This document shows, piece after piece, positions 24,135 through 36,243 of a stretch of DNA of 63,622 nucleotides (its first letter is position 1; each line of letters begins with the position of its first letter). This DNA is from Chiloscyllium plagiosum (lineage: Eukaryota), in the NCBI RefSeq assembly GCF_004010195.1, contig NC_057720.1:20352092-20415713 (forward strand), in the 5' to 3' direction. The translations under genes were made by a program, and so were the position numbers. Under the pieces are notes generated by a model. It made no database searches and was not told where the DNA came from. It saw nothing but the letters and a program-made list of their open reading frames with translations.

Positions 24135-26826
24135 GCTGTTCCTGTCATGCCCTCCTGCATTTTCCACTGAACCAGGGCTGATCCCCTGGCTTGATGGTAA
24201 TGCTTGAGTGGGGGATATGCCAGGCCATGAGGTTGCAGATTGTGCTAGAGTATGATTCTGCTTCTGTTGGTGGCCCACAACATCTCATAAGTGCTCTGTC
24301 TTGAGTTTCTGGATCTGTTCAACATGAGTCCCATTTAGCAGAGTGATTGTGCCTCACAACATTCTCAATACAAAGGAGGGACTTCATCTCCCCAACGACT
24401 GTATTGTGGTCATTCTTACTGATGCTGTCATGGACAGATGCATTTGCAGCCAGCAGATTGGTAAGGATGACATCAAGTATGTTTCTCCTGCTTGTTGGTT
24501 CCCCCACCACCTGCCACACACCCAATTTAACAGCTATGTCCTTCAGGACCCAACCAGCTCGATCAGGCTATTGCTGAGCTACTGTTGATGGTGGACATTG
24601 AAGTTCCCCACCCAGAGTACATTTTGCACCCTTGCCATCCTCAGTGCTTTTCCGGTGTGGTGATTTATCAGCTGAGAGATGGCGGCAAGTGGTAATCAAC
24701 TGGAGGTTTGCCTACCATTGTTTAACCTATAGCCATGAGACTCACGGAGTCTTGAGTCAATGTTGGGGACTTCCAAAGCAGCTCCCTCCTATCTGTATAC
24801 CACTGTGCTGCTACCTCTACTGGGTCCATCCTACCAGTAGAGTTCGAGGCATACATCCTGGGAGAGAACATATCCAGGGATGGTGATGGTGGTGTCTGGG
24901 ACAATGCCTGTAAGATATGTTTCTGTGTGTATGTCAATGTCAGGCTGTTTCCTGACTAGTCTGTGAGACAGCTCTCCCAATGTTGGCACTCGCCTGTTAA
25001 TAAGGAGGACTTTACTGGATGGACAGGGCTGTTTTGCCATTGTGTTTTTCTGGTGCCTAGGTCAATGCCAGGTGGTCCATCTGGTTTCATTTCTTTATTG
25101 AGACTTTGTAGTAATTGATACAACTGAGTGGCTTGCTATTTCAGAGGGCAATTGAGAGTCAACCACATTGCTGTAAGTCTGGAGTCACATTTCAGCCAGA
25201 TTAGGTGAGGTGGCAGATTTCCTTTCCGGAAAAGTATTAGTGAACTAGATGGATTTTTCTGACAATTGACAATGGTTTCTCAGTCATCAATAGACTGTCA
25301 ATTCCAGATTTCTTTTGTTGAATTCTACCATTTACCATGGTGCGTTCAAACCCAGAACATTAGTTTCTAGATTAATAATCTAGATTAATAACCACTGGGC
25401 TCATTGCCTCCCAATTATTACTGTGGGATTCTGAAGCTGTGGTTCTTTAAATATTGTGATGTCTAAGGAAGTGAGGTTTTGTCAGCTGAAGTCAAATAGC
25501 TCTAAAAGAACAGTGCCATGTGACAAGAGATTGGTTAACTCAGCAATGTTTGACATGAAATGCTCTAAATCTATGCACGCCTTTTCCTTTGTTTCCTAAC
25601 TTAATGTTATAATTCTATGTGCTCTCTCTATTACAGAATATGAGTGATTACTAGACTTTACCAATAAATAACACATGTACTCAAACATAAATCAGGCACT
25701 TTTTATTTATGCACACTCTAACACACACACATACATACACACTTGCACATGAAGACATATACAAACACATCATGGTTATGAATGCACTGTATTGATTGAA
25801 GGATTTGGATGCACATCCAGTCACCACTTTACTCAGACGCTCTGTAATTTTTCTCCATAAACCTCTCCACCCAGCCACCTCCCTCTCCTCCCACTTTAAA
25901 CACCCACATCTTCGACCAAGCTTTACCCGACTGCTCTAATGCCTCCTTTCTAATTATTTTTCTGCAATATGGTTTAATTAATTAAATATATCATACAAAT
26001 AAATTCAAGTTGGTCTTACAATCCTCAGAGCACTAAAATAGTCTAAATATCAAATGAAGATTTGAGAGAACTCAGTTGAGGATTTTACTAATGAATGGAG
26101 AACAGACCAGCAATCTGTGAAGTATGCACTGACGTTGACAGCTTCCCCAAAAAAACAAACTATTGGTCAATTTCTCGCTGAATGAATTGAATCCGACAAT
26201 TAACCACAGACTCATTTTTTTGTATTTCACCATCTGAGCGTATTTCTATTTTTTCATCTTTTTTTAAATCCAGTTTGTTAAATTTGTCACGAAGGAAATC
26301 CTTGTGATTGCATTTTTATCCATTTTTAATGCAGGTTTAAACATATGTCATTGAAACCTCCTGTCTACCTGAATTGATGAAATCAGAGGTTTGTTGGGAG
26401 GAGTTGTATTGTAAATGTAATTATATAAATGAATGTACAAATGTAAACTATGGGCAAAAGGCTTGCCGGAGAGATTTTGTACACAGTAATGGTTCTGAAA
26501 GGAATAATGTTGGAGATGGCATTAAACTTCACCCAATCTGATGATGTCATCTAAATGGGTTGAGAAATTGGGAGAATAATCTAAGAGGATGGATGTGTCA
26601 TCGATATGACAATTTAGTTGTGACCAAATGCTATCATTCGCACAACCACATCTTATTAAGAATAGCTTCTTGTTTAGACTCACTTGTTCCTCTCCCATTG
26701 TAAGCCAGATGGACACAGACTTAGTTTTGAGTTGAATAAGATCTGAGGTCTTCCAGTCTTGGTAGTCTCAGTCTAAATTATTATTCTGTCTCTTGCAGCT
26801 ATGTCCTAAAGTCTAATCTCAATATT

Positions 26827-27860
26827 TAAAATCACACACCAGGTTATAGTCCAACAGGTTTATTTGGAAGCATTAGCTTTCGGAGCACTGCTCCTTCATC
26901 AGGTGATTGTGGAGGTTAAGATCATGCTGTCAGAATTTCTAGCCAAAGGGGGCCAGTGTCATGGAGATGTGATACAGTAAACAATCTTAGATTGAAACTT
27001 TCATCTTTTATAATGAGATATGCTGGTTTCTGTTCTTTGATATGCAAATCCCAGAACTTCTTTTAAATTACATTCTCAAGAGAGCTCAGCTTTTCTAACA
27101 ATAGGTGTGAAGTCCATCTGTGTCCCAATGCTATGTCAGACTGATAAAACCTCTGTATAGTTTTACATGGACTCATGCAGTTTTTCAGTAAAATAAAATC
27201 TAATTCTGCAAAAAACATTCACCCACAAGTTTATATGCGTGTGCATATAGGAGAAACAGATTGTGTGTGCATGTGAGTATGTGTGCGTGGGTGTGAGTGC
27301 ACATGGTTGAGTGTGTATATATATGTGAGTATGTGTGTGTGTGTGCAAACTTCGTAAAGTGTGTGTGACAGTATGGTTGGGTATGTGTGAGAGGATATGT
27401 GTATGTTGGTGTGAGTGCGGTGGGTAATATATGTGAGAGAGCTTGGGTGTGAGGGAGGGTCTGCGTGGGTATGTAAGAATATGTCTGTGTGTGTGCATGT
27501 GTGGATGTCATGCAGTGAGGTCACCTGCAGTGTGACATGAACCCAAGTTCCCAGTTGAGGTCATTCCCATGGGCACCGACTTGGCTATCAGCTTCTGCTC
27601 AGCCACTCTGCGTTGTTGCTAAACCCGAAGTCTGCTTTGGAAGATGGTCACCCAAAGGTCCCAGGCCGAATGTCTGGTACCGCTGAAGTGTTCCCCGACT
27701 GGGAGGTAACACTCCTGTCTGTTGATTATTGTGTGGTGTCCATTCATCGTAGCAGCTGCTTGGTCTCACCAATGTACCATGCCTCAGGGTATCCTTGCCT
27801 GCAGCGTATGAGATAGACCACATTGGCCGAGTCACATGATTACTCGATGCATGCATGGCT
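26827..27860 (-). mobile_element. Penelope-like element 3' part: GIY-YIG endonuclease, (CA)-rich UTR, terminus
   Basis: Minus strand CDSANVVYLIRCRQGYPEAWYIGETKQ..LPVGEHFSG..RRVAEQKLIAK; CA-rich tract ~27230-27500. Confidence 0.9.
26874..26902 (-). ncRNA. Minimal type I hammerhead ribozyme motif (intact core)
   Basis: CUGAUGA-A-GGAGC-AGU-GCUCC-GAAAGCUA. Confidence 0.75.
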
Positions 27861-27990
27861 GTAAGTATCCCCCTCCAAATCTCAATGGTGGCATGCTCAT
27901 TGTGAGAACTCTCATTTATACTTCCTTGCCTTCCATTTCTGGTCTTTGTGCCCTTTCATAAAGCTATCCCAGATTCACTTAGGGATATTG

Positions 27991-28308
27991 GGGCGGCATG
28001 GGGCTCAGCAGTTAGCACTGCTGCCTCATAGCGCTAGAGACCCGGGTTCAGTTCCCGCCTCGGGCAACTGTCTGTGTGGAGTTTGTACATTCTCCCCGTG
28101 TCTGTGTGGGTTTCCTCCGGGTGCTCCGGTTTCCTCCCCCAGTCCAAAGATGTGCAGGTTAGGTGAACTGGCCATGCTGAATTCCCATAGTTTTAGGTGG
28201 ATTAGTCAGCAGTAAATGTAGGGGGGTGGGGGTTGCTCTTTGGAGGGTCGGTGTGGACTTGTTGGGCCAAAGGGCCTATTTCCACACTGTAGGGAATCTA
28301 ATCTAATC
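27991..28308 (+). mobile_element. HE1-type V-SINE
   Basis: tRNA head, V-domain tgtgtggagtttg..ctccggtttcctccc..gtccaaagatgtgcagg, CR1-like tail with (ctaat)n. Confidence 0.9.
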
Positions 28309-28779
28309 ATCTATCTGTACTCCTTGAGCCTTTCCTTGCTCCCAATGGAATCTCCTTCACTAAGGACTTTATTCTTTGTCTGGCTGGCTAAATGTGGCTG
28401 GCTTTTCTCTCTTCTCCATTCTTTCCCTGACACCTCTTACCAGCTTCTTAAAGAAGGTTTATCTTTGGAGGCTGAACATGTCCTGGCGTTGTTTTCATGG
28501 TTATTCCAATCTCTCTCATCACCTTCTCGCTGCTGACTGATTGTCTGCTTCTTCTTAAATCTGTAATATTTATATAATGGTAGATTGACTTTTCTTCAAA
28601 GAAGTATTTCTTCTCGAATTTTTGACTTGTGATGGGGATCTCTGCATATGAAGACATGAACTAGGAGCTGGTCACTTGGCCCCTCAAGCCTGCTCTGTCA
28701 ATTGATAAGATAATGGTGATCAGGTCACTGCATTCCAATTACCTCAGCTCCTTGTTTATCAATAACCTATATAGTTGCT

Positions 28780-29335
28780 ATGCCATCATAGTCCTACCAG
28801 ACCATAGGGGCTGCTCTCTCATTAGAGAGAAGTGATTGGTGCTGATTTAACCAGAGCACCACCAGACCTCAGGTGAGGGAAGAGGTTGAGAAGGAGAGTC
28901 ATAGAGATGTACAGCACGGAAACAGACCCTTCAGTCCAACTCGTCCATGCCGACCAGATATGCCAACCCAATCTTGTCCCACCTGCCAGCACCTGACCCA
29001 TATCCCTCCAAACTCTTCCCATTGATGCACCCATCCAGATGCCTTTTAAATGTTGCAATTGTACCAGCCTGCACCAGTTCCTCTGGCAGCTCATTCCATA
29101 CACGTACCACCCTCTGTGTGAGAGAGTAGGTCTCTTTTATATCTTGCCCCTCTCACCCTAAACTTATGCCCTGTCGTTCTGGACTCCCCCAGCCCAGGGA
29201 AGAGACTTTGTCTATTTATCCTATCCATGCCCCTCATGGTAACCTCAACACAGTGATGGGAATTGAACCCATGCTATTGGTATCACACTGCTCTGTAAAC
29301 CAATGATCCAGCTAACTGAGCTAAACCAATTCCCA
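28780..29335 (-). mobile_element. tRNA-derived SINE (family of 805-1210) split by a CR1 3' fragment at ~28896-29237
   Basis: Antisense match to 988-1210; internal CR1 tail gagtcatagagatgtacagcacggaaacagaccc. Confidence 0.65.
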
Positions 29336-29345
29336 ACCATACTCG

Positions 29346-29510
29346 AATCATAGTGTTATACAGCACAGAAACAGGTCCTTCAGTCCAACTAGTCCACATA
29401 GACCAGATATCCTAAATTAATCCAGTCCCATTTGCAAGCATTTGGCCCATGTCCAGATGCCTTTTGAATGTTGTAATTGCCCCAGCCTCTGCTACCACCT
29501 CTGGTAGCTC
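29346..29510 (-). mobile_element. CR1 3' end fragment
   Basis: cagcacagaaacaggtccttcagtccaact tail. Confidence 0.7.
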
Positions 29511-29514
29511 CATT

Positions 29515-30150
29515 CGTGATTCAATGACATTACCATTGCTGAATCTCCCACTAATGACATTGTGGCTGTAAACATTGACCAGAAATCAAACTAGACCAGT
29601 CACATAACTTTTGTAACCACAATAGTGGCTCGGAATTCTGTGGTGAGTAACTCAGTCCCTCCCTCCGAATGCTTATCTACAAGACACAAGTCCTGATGAA
29701 AGGTTCCAACCTGAAACATTGACTCACCTCCTCTTCTGACCTGCTGTGCGTTATACAGCTCCACACTTTATCCATTCTGACTCTCCAGCAACTGCTGAAC
29801 TCACTATCCGCAAGTCAGCTTGTCCACTTGCTTGGATCGGCACAGCTCCAAGCACACACTGAGCTCAACATTATCCAAGACAAAGCAACCTACTCGATTG
29901 GTACCCCATCCATGATCATCAACATGCACTCCATTCAACACAAATTCACAATGCAGTAATATGTGTAATCTATGTAGTTAGTCACTAAGGGGTCTTCAAT
30001 AGCACCTTCCAAACCTGCAAACTGTACTTCCTCGTAGGGCAGCAGATGCCTGGGATCACTATAACACCTTCAAACCACTCACCATCCTGACTTCAAACTA
30101 TATCACCATTTCTTCACTGTCACGGGGTCAAGATCATGGAATTTGCTCCC
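29515..30150 (+). mobile_element. CR1/L2-group LINE 3' region with PLE terminal insert (~29691-29810)
   Basis: Distal part is the sense counterpart of 1611-1960; insert begins CTGATGAAAGGTTCCAACCTGAAACATT. Confidence 0.65.
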
Positions 30151-30154
30151 CATG

Positions 30155-30680
30155 CTGCTCTGTGTGCAGTTTTAGTTTCCTTATTTAGGGAAGGATGTAA
30201 ATGCATTGAAGATGAATCGAAGGAGGTATATCAGATTGACTCCTGGAATAAGCAAGTTTTCACATGAGAATGAGTGGGCTTGTTTCTGCTGAGGTTTAGA
30301 AGAGTGAGGAGTTACTTGCGGTGCCTACAATTTTGAGTCGTCTTGACAAAGTGGACGTGGAAAGGATGTCTCCTCCTGCTGGTTAGTCTAAAGCTAAGGA
30401 GCACTGATTTAAAATTAGAGGTTTGCTGCTCAGAGCAGAGCTGAGGAGAATTCTTTGAGGGCTGTGAGATTTTGGAACTTGCTCTGCCTCTGGAACCAGG
30501 GAGGCAGGGTCATTGACTATCATTAATGTGGATGTGCATAGAATTTTGCTAGGCAAGGGAATCAAGAGTAATAATGAAGTGGATAAGAATGTGGAAGTTG
30601 AAACACAAACAAATCAGCCATAATCTTATTGAATGGCAATGCAGAGTCAAGGGACTGATGGCTGTCTTTCTGTTCCAATT
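30155..30680 (+). mobile_element. Old CR1 3' fragment
   Basis: YCVQF/RKDVNAL-type remnants and tail cagccataatcttattgaatggc. Confidence 0.65.
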
Positions 30681-31301
30681 TGATATGGTCATAAATAAAC
30701 TTGAATATTTCAACCAGGACTCCCCAAACAGAAGGTTCATAAGGTGAGGCTTAGGGGTTGTTAACAACGGACTCTCATAGAGTTTAGACTGATTTCTGAC
30801 AGCCATGAATCCTCTTTACATCCATGTGTTTTCCATGGTGGGCCTAATCTAATGGACCACCAGATTTCTGCTTCAAAAAAGACCTGTAAAATAGTTGGTG
30901 TTAGGTTTTGTTTGTAGAAAGCCTATTTCTTCAGAAATCATGTCGTATCAGTAATTGTGATCATAATGCATTAATACTCAGAATTGTGTCAAAAGATTGT
31001 CCTTGGGATGTGACTGTCACTGGTAAGGCTAGAACATATTGCTCATTCCTAATTTCCCTGTGAACAGTTAAGATTTGACCACTGTTGTGTTGCTGTTGGT
31101 CTGGATTCACATTTGGCCAGACTAGGTAAGGATTGACAATTCCCTTCCCTGAAGGACAGCTGTGAACCGGGGAGGGTTTTTACAATAATCGTCAGTGGCT
31201 ACATGCTCACCATTAGGCTAGCTTTTAATTCCAGACTTGATTTATTGAAATATAATTATTTCACCCGCCTTAATGAGATTTGAACGCAGTTCCTTGAAAG
31301 A

Positions 31302-32109
31302 GGAGTTGCAGGTAGTTAGGATAGTGAAGAAGGCATTTGGTATGCTTTCCTTTATTGGTCAGAGTATTGAGTACAGGAGTTGGGAGGTTATGTTGCGGCT
31401 GTACAGGACATTGGTTAGGTCGCTTTGGAATATTGTGTACAATTCTGGTTTCCCTCCTTTTGGAAGGATGTTGTGAAACTTGAAAGGATACAGAAAAGAT
31501 TTACAAGGATGTTGCCAGAGTTGGAGGATTTGAGCTCTAGGGAGAGGCTGAATAGTCTGGGGCTCTATTCCCTGGAGAGTCAGAGCCTGCAGGGTGACCT
31601 TATAGAGGTTTATAAAATCATGAGGGGCATGGATAAGGTAAATAGACAAGGTCTTTCCCCTGGGGTGAGGGAGTCCAAAACTAGAGGACGTAGGGCATTC
31701 CTGATGAAGAGCTTAGACTCGAAACGTCAACTCTCCTGCTCCTCAGATTCTGTCTGACCGGCTGTGCTTTTCCAGCATCACACTTTTTGGCTCTGATCTT
31801 CAGCATATGCAGTCCTCACTTTCCCCTCGAGAGCATAGGTTTAGAGTGAGAGGAGAAAAATTTAAAAGGACCTAAGGGACAACTTTTTCACACAGAGGGT
31901 GGTGCGTGTACGGAATGAGCTGCCAGAGGAAGTGATGGAGGCTGGTACAATTGCAACATTTAAAAGGCATGTGAATAGGAAGGGTTTAGAGGGATATGGA
32001 CCAAGTGCTGGCAAATGGGACTAGATTAGGTTGGGATATCTGGTCGGCATGGACGAGTCGGACTGAAGGGTCTGTTTCCGTGCTGTAAACCTCCATGACT
32101 CTATGACTC
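31302..32109 (+). mobile_element. Young CR1 3' fragment containing a PLE terminal insert (~31695-31828)
   Basis: KKAFGMLSFIGQSIEYRSW..GDLIEVYKIM; tail ccatgactctatgactc. Confidence 0.9.
31701..31728 (+). ncRNA. Minimal type I hammerhead ribozyme motif (core intact, weak stem II)
   Basis: CUGAUGA-A-GAG-cuuaga-CUC-GAAACGUC. Confidence 0.65.
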
Positions 32110-32639
32110 CATTAGTCTGGGGTTCTGGTTTACTCATCTAATGACATTATCACTACACCACTATCTCCTCTATTGTATTAATAATGAGTATCCTGTTATA
32201 TCAATTTTCAGAGAGCTATTACATTAATAATCAATGTCCCATTTAAGATTCAGAATACCCTTACATTCATAATTTGATTCCATTATATTGATAATCAGGG
32301 TGTAATTAATAATAATATTCCAATTGCTTTAAGAATTAGCTCCTCAGTGTTTCAAAAGTAAGTAAATTATTGGATTTAATAATCAGGATGTGAGAATATT
32401 AATTATCAGAAGTATTTATGAAAGTGTTGGTCATAAATTAACAGACCATATTGACGAAATAATGTAAGTTAAAACTTCATGACTTGCATTAAAAATGTAA
32501 ACTTGGCAAATTGATTAGAAAAATCCAGTTCATAATTGTTATTCCTGATCTTTAAAGTAGGAAAATTAGTTTGGAATAATTTTACATTGCAGATATTTTT
32601 AGAAAAAGTCATCTGTATTTAAAGTGTAAAAGGGAAAAT

Positions 32640-32995
32640 CACTGACGATGAAGGACACCAATTCAACTGGGACAACGTTATGATAGTAGGAAAGGCAAAA
32701 CAAAGACAAGCTCAGAAATTCCTGGAGGCCTGGTATTCATCCACTGGTGCCATAAACAAACATGTTGAAATAGACTCCCTCTACAAACCACTACAGTACA
32801 AAACTGGAAATAGGTCCACCCACCATGAGAGACAGAATCTGGGCAGATCACAACAACAGTGCTTTCACCTAAAGGCTACACATCACTGAAGATGTCACCC
32901 AGCAGGGGGACGGAACATTTGGGAAAAAAAATCAACTGGCTCAGCAAACTGACCAACAACTCCAACCACAACCCAAGCTACAGATCTTCACAAAA
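32640..32995 (+). mobile_element. Penelope-like element of a second clade, 3' end with hammerhead motif (32886-32919)
   Basis: GHQFNWDNVMIVGKAKQRQAQKFLEAWYSSTGAINKHVEID; CTGAAGA-T-GTCACCC-AGCA-GGGGGAC-GGAACATT. Confidence 0.8.
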
Positions 32996-33717
32996 AAGAT
33001 AAAAATCAATTTGAGAAGGTCTTGTGGCACACTGGGTAGTGTTCCTTCCTTGGAGCCTGAAGCTCCAGCATTGATGACCAAGGCTAATACATTCATAACA
33101 AGTCCAAAGTGGCTCAACACATGTCAATGACAGGCATTAAGAGTGAGACGGATTCTTGATCAGCCATGTGGTAGCAAGAAAATTGGAGTCTCTACTATTA
33201 TCACTCTTGCTCAACAAATAAATGAAGTGCATGTTGATGCAGCAATTCAGACTCCTTTGGGTGCCAGTTGGCACAGTTATCAGGATGGCTGATGTGGATG
33301 GGATGGGTGCCAACAGCAGGGAGTTTAATCCCTGCTCTGGCTTGTTGGATTTGGGCTTCCTAGCCCTACCCATAGTGGAGGTGATGACATTACAGACCCA
33401 CCTTTGGTGAGAGAACCGAAGAAGAAATTCAGTCCATAAATTGCTTTTCAATGAGGAAAAGATATTCCATGTTCACAACATGACCGCTACAGTAATCCTT
33501 CAAGTCAAATTAATGTGAATGTGGAAAAGAACCCATTCATTTCCTCAGAGCAGGAAGAGTGGGAGGACGTAATGACACAAGTCCTGGGCACAGCAGGACA
33601 TTTATGGACCACTTCAGCACGGTGACAGGATTGTTCTGTTCGGCAAAGATTGATTCTTCTTCATGAAGGAAGAACATTTTCTATACCTTTTATAATTTTG
33701 AAACCACAATCAAATTT

Positions 33718-34068
33718 TTAATTCATTCATGAAATGAGGGCATCGCTGGCTAGGCATGTATTTATTGCGCATTCCCCTAATTGCCCAGAGAGCACTTAAG
33801 AGTCAACCACATTGCTGCAGATCTGGAGTCACATGTAAGCGCAGACCACATAAGAATGGCAGTTTCCTTCCCTGAAGGATATTAATGAGCCAGATGGACC
33901 TTTTTGACAATCGACAATGGTTTCATGGTTACCATTAGACTCTTATTTCCAGACTTATTTTTATTGAATTTATTGAATGCCATGATGGGATTCGAACCCA
34001 GTCCTCAGAATATTAGCTGAGTTTCTGGATTAATACCTTAACAATAATATGACTAGGCCATTGCCTTC
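33718..34068 (-). mobile_element. tRNA-headed SINE, full length
   Basis: A-box-like TGGCCTAGT, B box GGTTCGAATCC; body identical in layout to LINE head 25140-25412; tail matches 1611-1690. Confidence 0.8.
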
Positions 34069-34756
34069 ACCTCTCCGATGTGATTTTAATTAATTGTAAG
34101 CAAATAGCCGCATTCATAGAGAATGTCAGTGCCTTATCTATTTTAGATTAAGCTTCTTTATTACATTAATACAACTGCTGTGAACTAATGGTTCTGCTCA
34201 GCTGCAAGTGGTTTATTTGTGGGAAGCAACCAGATTAATGTGATTATTAATATGTATGTCTGTCAGTAGACCTTTAAGGGACATGCTCATGATGCCATCA
34301 CTGCTTCATAGTCATGTGACCTGACAGCATAAAAGTCTCATATTCCATCTTATCTCGGATCACTTGAAACATGATATTCTGTGGTAAACTGGTAGCAAAA
34401 TATCAGTGCAGACACTTTTCTGGCTGAGGAACGTAATATTTGTATGTAATACTTGTAATAAATGCCTGATTGATTTTTTCAGTACCATGATACCCATACC
34501 GAGTTTCTTATATCAGGGGAGATACCTAAATTAGCATGTTTACATAAAACACCCTGTCGGAGCAAACACACACCAATCACCAGTCAATATATTTATTTCC
34601 TACCATCCTACAAACAATGTACAACAGGTGTGTACAATGAGAATTAGAGGTGAAATTAGATTTTTGGCAGCACTGTTATCTGCCTGGTTGGATAAATGAA
34701 GCTTCACAAAAGGCTTCTAATGCTGTATAATTATCTTTACATTTTGCTATACAATA

Positions 34757-34975
34757 CACTCAGTTCTTCTATAATGTGATGGTTGCACTCTCGTGCAACC
34801 CTGAGTTACAGAAAAATCGCACTTCAGAAACAGCATTTAAAGTGTTGATGCTGTAATTGCCTTCCAGCCAACACATGTTTGCAAAGTCCGTACTGTAGAA
34901 ACAACATCCCCAATTTGTCAATCACGTTACTGCGAATCCACATTGACAAAACATGGGTTATAACAGAACAACCTG
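34757..34975. mobile_element. Tigger/pogo-like MITE (diverged TIRs)
   Basis: TA-flanked; left CACTCAGTTCTTCTATAA vs right-end reverse complement CAGGTTGTTCTGTTATAA. Confidence 0.5.
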
Positions 34976-35359
34976 TACCCTAAATAAATCCTAAAGCTGT
35001 TTGCCAAATATAATTTTGTTAAAATCACATCCCCTTTAACTGCATCAAATCATGATATCACAGAGCAAATCTGTCTTCTAACCTCCATCACAGCGAGATC
35101 AAACATTGCAAAGGGTTTCTGAACTGAATGTATTTGAGCCAGGAGGCTATACAATCAGCTTCAGTGAAGGAAACCAAGCTGAACCAGGGCTTACCCACTG
35201 GCTACTCTATCTCAGCCTGGGTGTGACTGGCTGAAGGATTGGAACATGTTTACTTTGTAAAGGCACAGTGAACCATGGCAATGTCACAAACCCTTGGATT
35301 CAGTTAAAGTTTAAAAAGTTTGTCTCAACATGATTAAATTGTGAAGAACATTCTGAAGT

Positions 35360-35725
35360 GGGAGGGTGAACAGCCAGCAGTCGTGGTACAGGTCAGTACC
35401 AATGACATGCGTAAACAATGAAATGAGGTCCTAAAACAGGAATTTCGAGAGTCAGGGTGGTAGATTATAACCTTAGCGGTAGACAACTAAGGTTATAATC
35501 TCCGGATTACTTCCAGTGTTTACTGAGTGTGGGAGTAGAAAGATAAGAAACATGTGGCTAAAGGAGTGGTGTAGGAGGGAGGGCTTTAGATCTTTAGATC
35601 ATTGGGACAGATTCTGGGGTAGGTGGGGCCTGTACAAGTACCTGAACCGAAATGGGCCCAAGATCCTTGCTGGGAGATTTGCTCATGCTTTTGGGGAAGT
35701 TTTCAATTGATCTGGCAGGGGGTAG
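35360..35725 (+). mobile_element. CR1 ORF1 SGNH-esterase fragment
   Basis: QPAVVVQVSTND and WLKEWCRREGFRSLDHWDRFWGRWGLYK..LN. Confidence 0.8.
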
Positions 35726-35984
35726 GGGCACAAAGTAAACATAAATTCAGGAAACACTTCACTCGTTGAGCTGAACTGTGGCATCACAGAGCCAGCCTTA
35801 CTCTCACACTGAGCAGCACAGTGAAGTCAGACATCAGCTCAGGAACTGGGTACGCCTGAGGCAGGAGTCTGCACTATCAGTTTAACAGAGAGAAATTAAA
35901 CTGCACAGTCTTAATAGTGAGAGGAAGACTTGAGGATCAGAATAGGTTTACTTTGTGAAAGAAACGTGACCAATGGCAATGCCA

Positions 35985-36243
35985 TTAGATTAGATTACAT
36001 TACAGTGTAATGTAATCTTCGGCCCAACAAGTCCACACCGACCCGCCAAAGCGCAACCCACCCATACCCCTACATTTACCCCTTACCTAACACTACGGGC
36101 AATTTAGCATGGCCAATTCACCTGACCTGCACATCTTTGGACTGTGGGAGGAAACCGGAGCACCCGGAGGAAACCCACGCAGACACGGGGAGAACGTGCA
36201 AACTCCACACAGTCAGTCGCCTGAGTCGGGAATTGAACCCGGG
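35985..36243 (-). mobile_element. HE1-type V-SINE (5'-truncated)
   Basis: Antisense V-domain and (ctaat)n tail. Confidence 0.9.

Larger units (their letters stand above)
22725..25412 (-). mobile_element. CR1/L2-group LINE (5' head, endonuclease, N-terminal RT), degenerate
   Basis: LGELSHRLVRKQPDI..TETYL, EPTSRRNILDVILTN, QCGFRQGHSAPD..DIKAPF; tRNA-like head at ~25140-25412. Confidence 0.85.
31000..32170 (-). mobile_element. tRNA-headed SINE split by a CR1 insertion
   Basis: 31000-31290 and 32110-32170 match 33718-34068. Confidence 0.6.

Noticed and set aside
26522..26716. Minus-strand ORF as a possible exon
   Set aside because: No recognisable homology and weak splice signals.
27163..27524. 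His/Thr-rich ORFs
   Set aside because: Translation of a (CA)-rich tract in a PLE UTR.
27991..28060. tRNA gene
   Set aside because: tRNA-like head of an HE1-type SINE; continues into the V-domain and has no full cloverleaf.
35240..35985. Two similar ~45-bp segments (gtttactttgt..atggcaatg) flanking a CR1 ORF1 fragment
   Set aside because: Too long and diverged for a TSD; probably two copies of an old repeat that I cannot assign.
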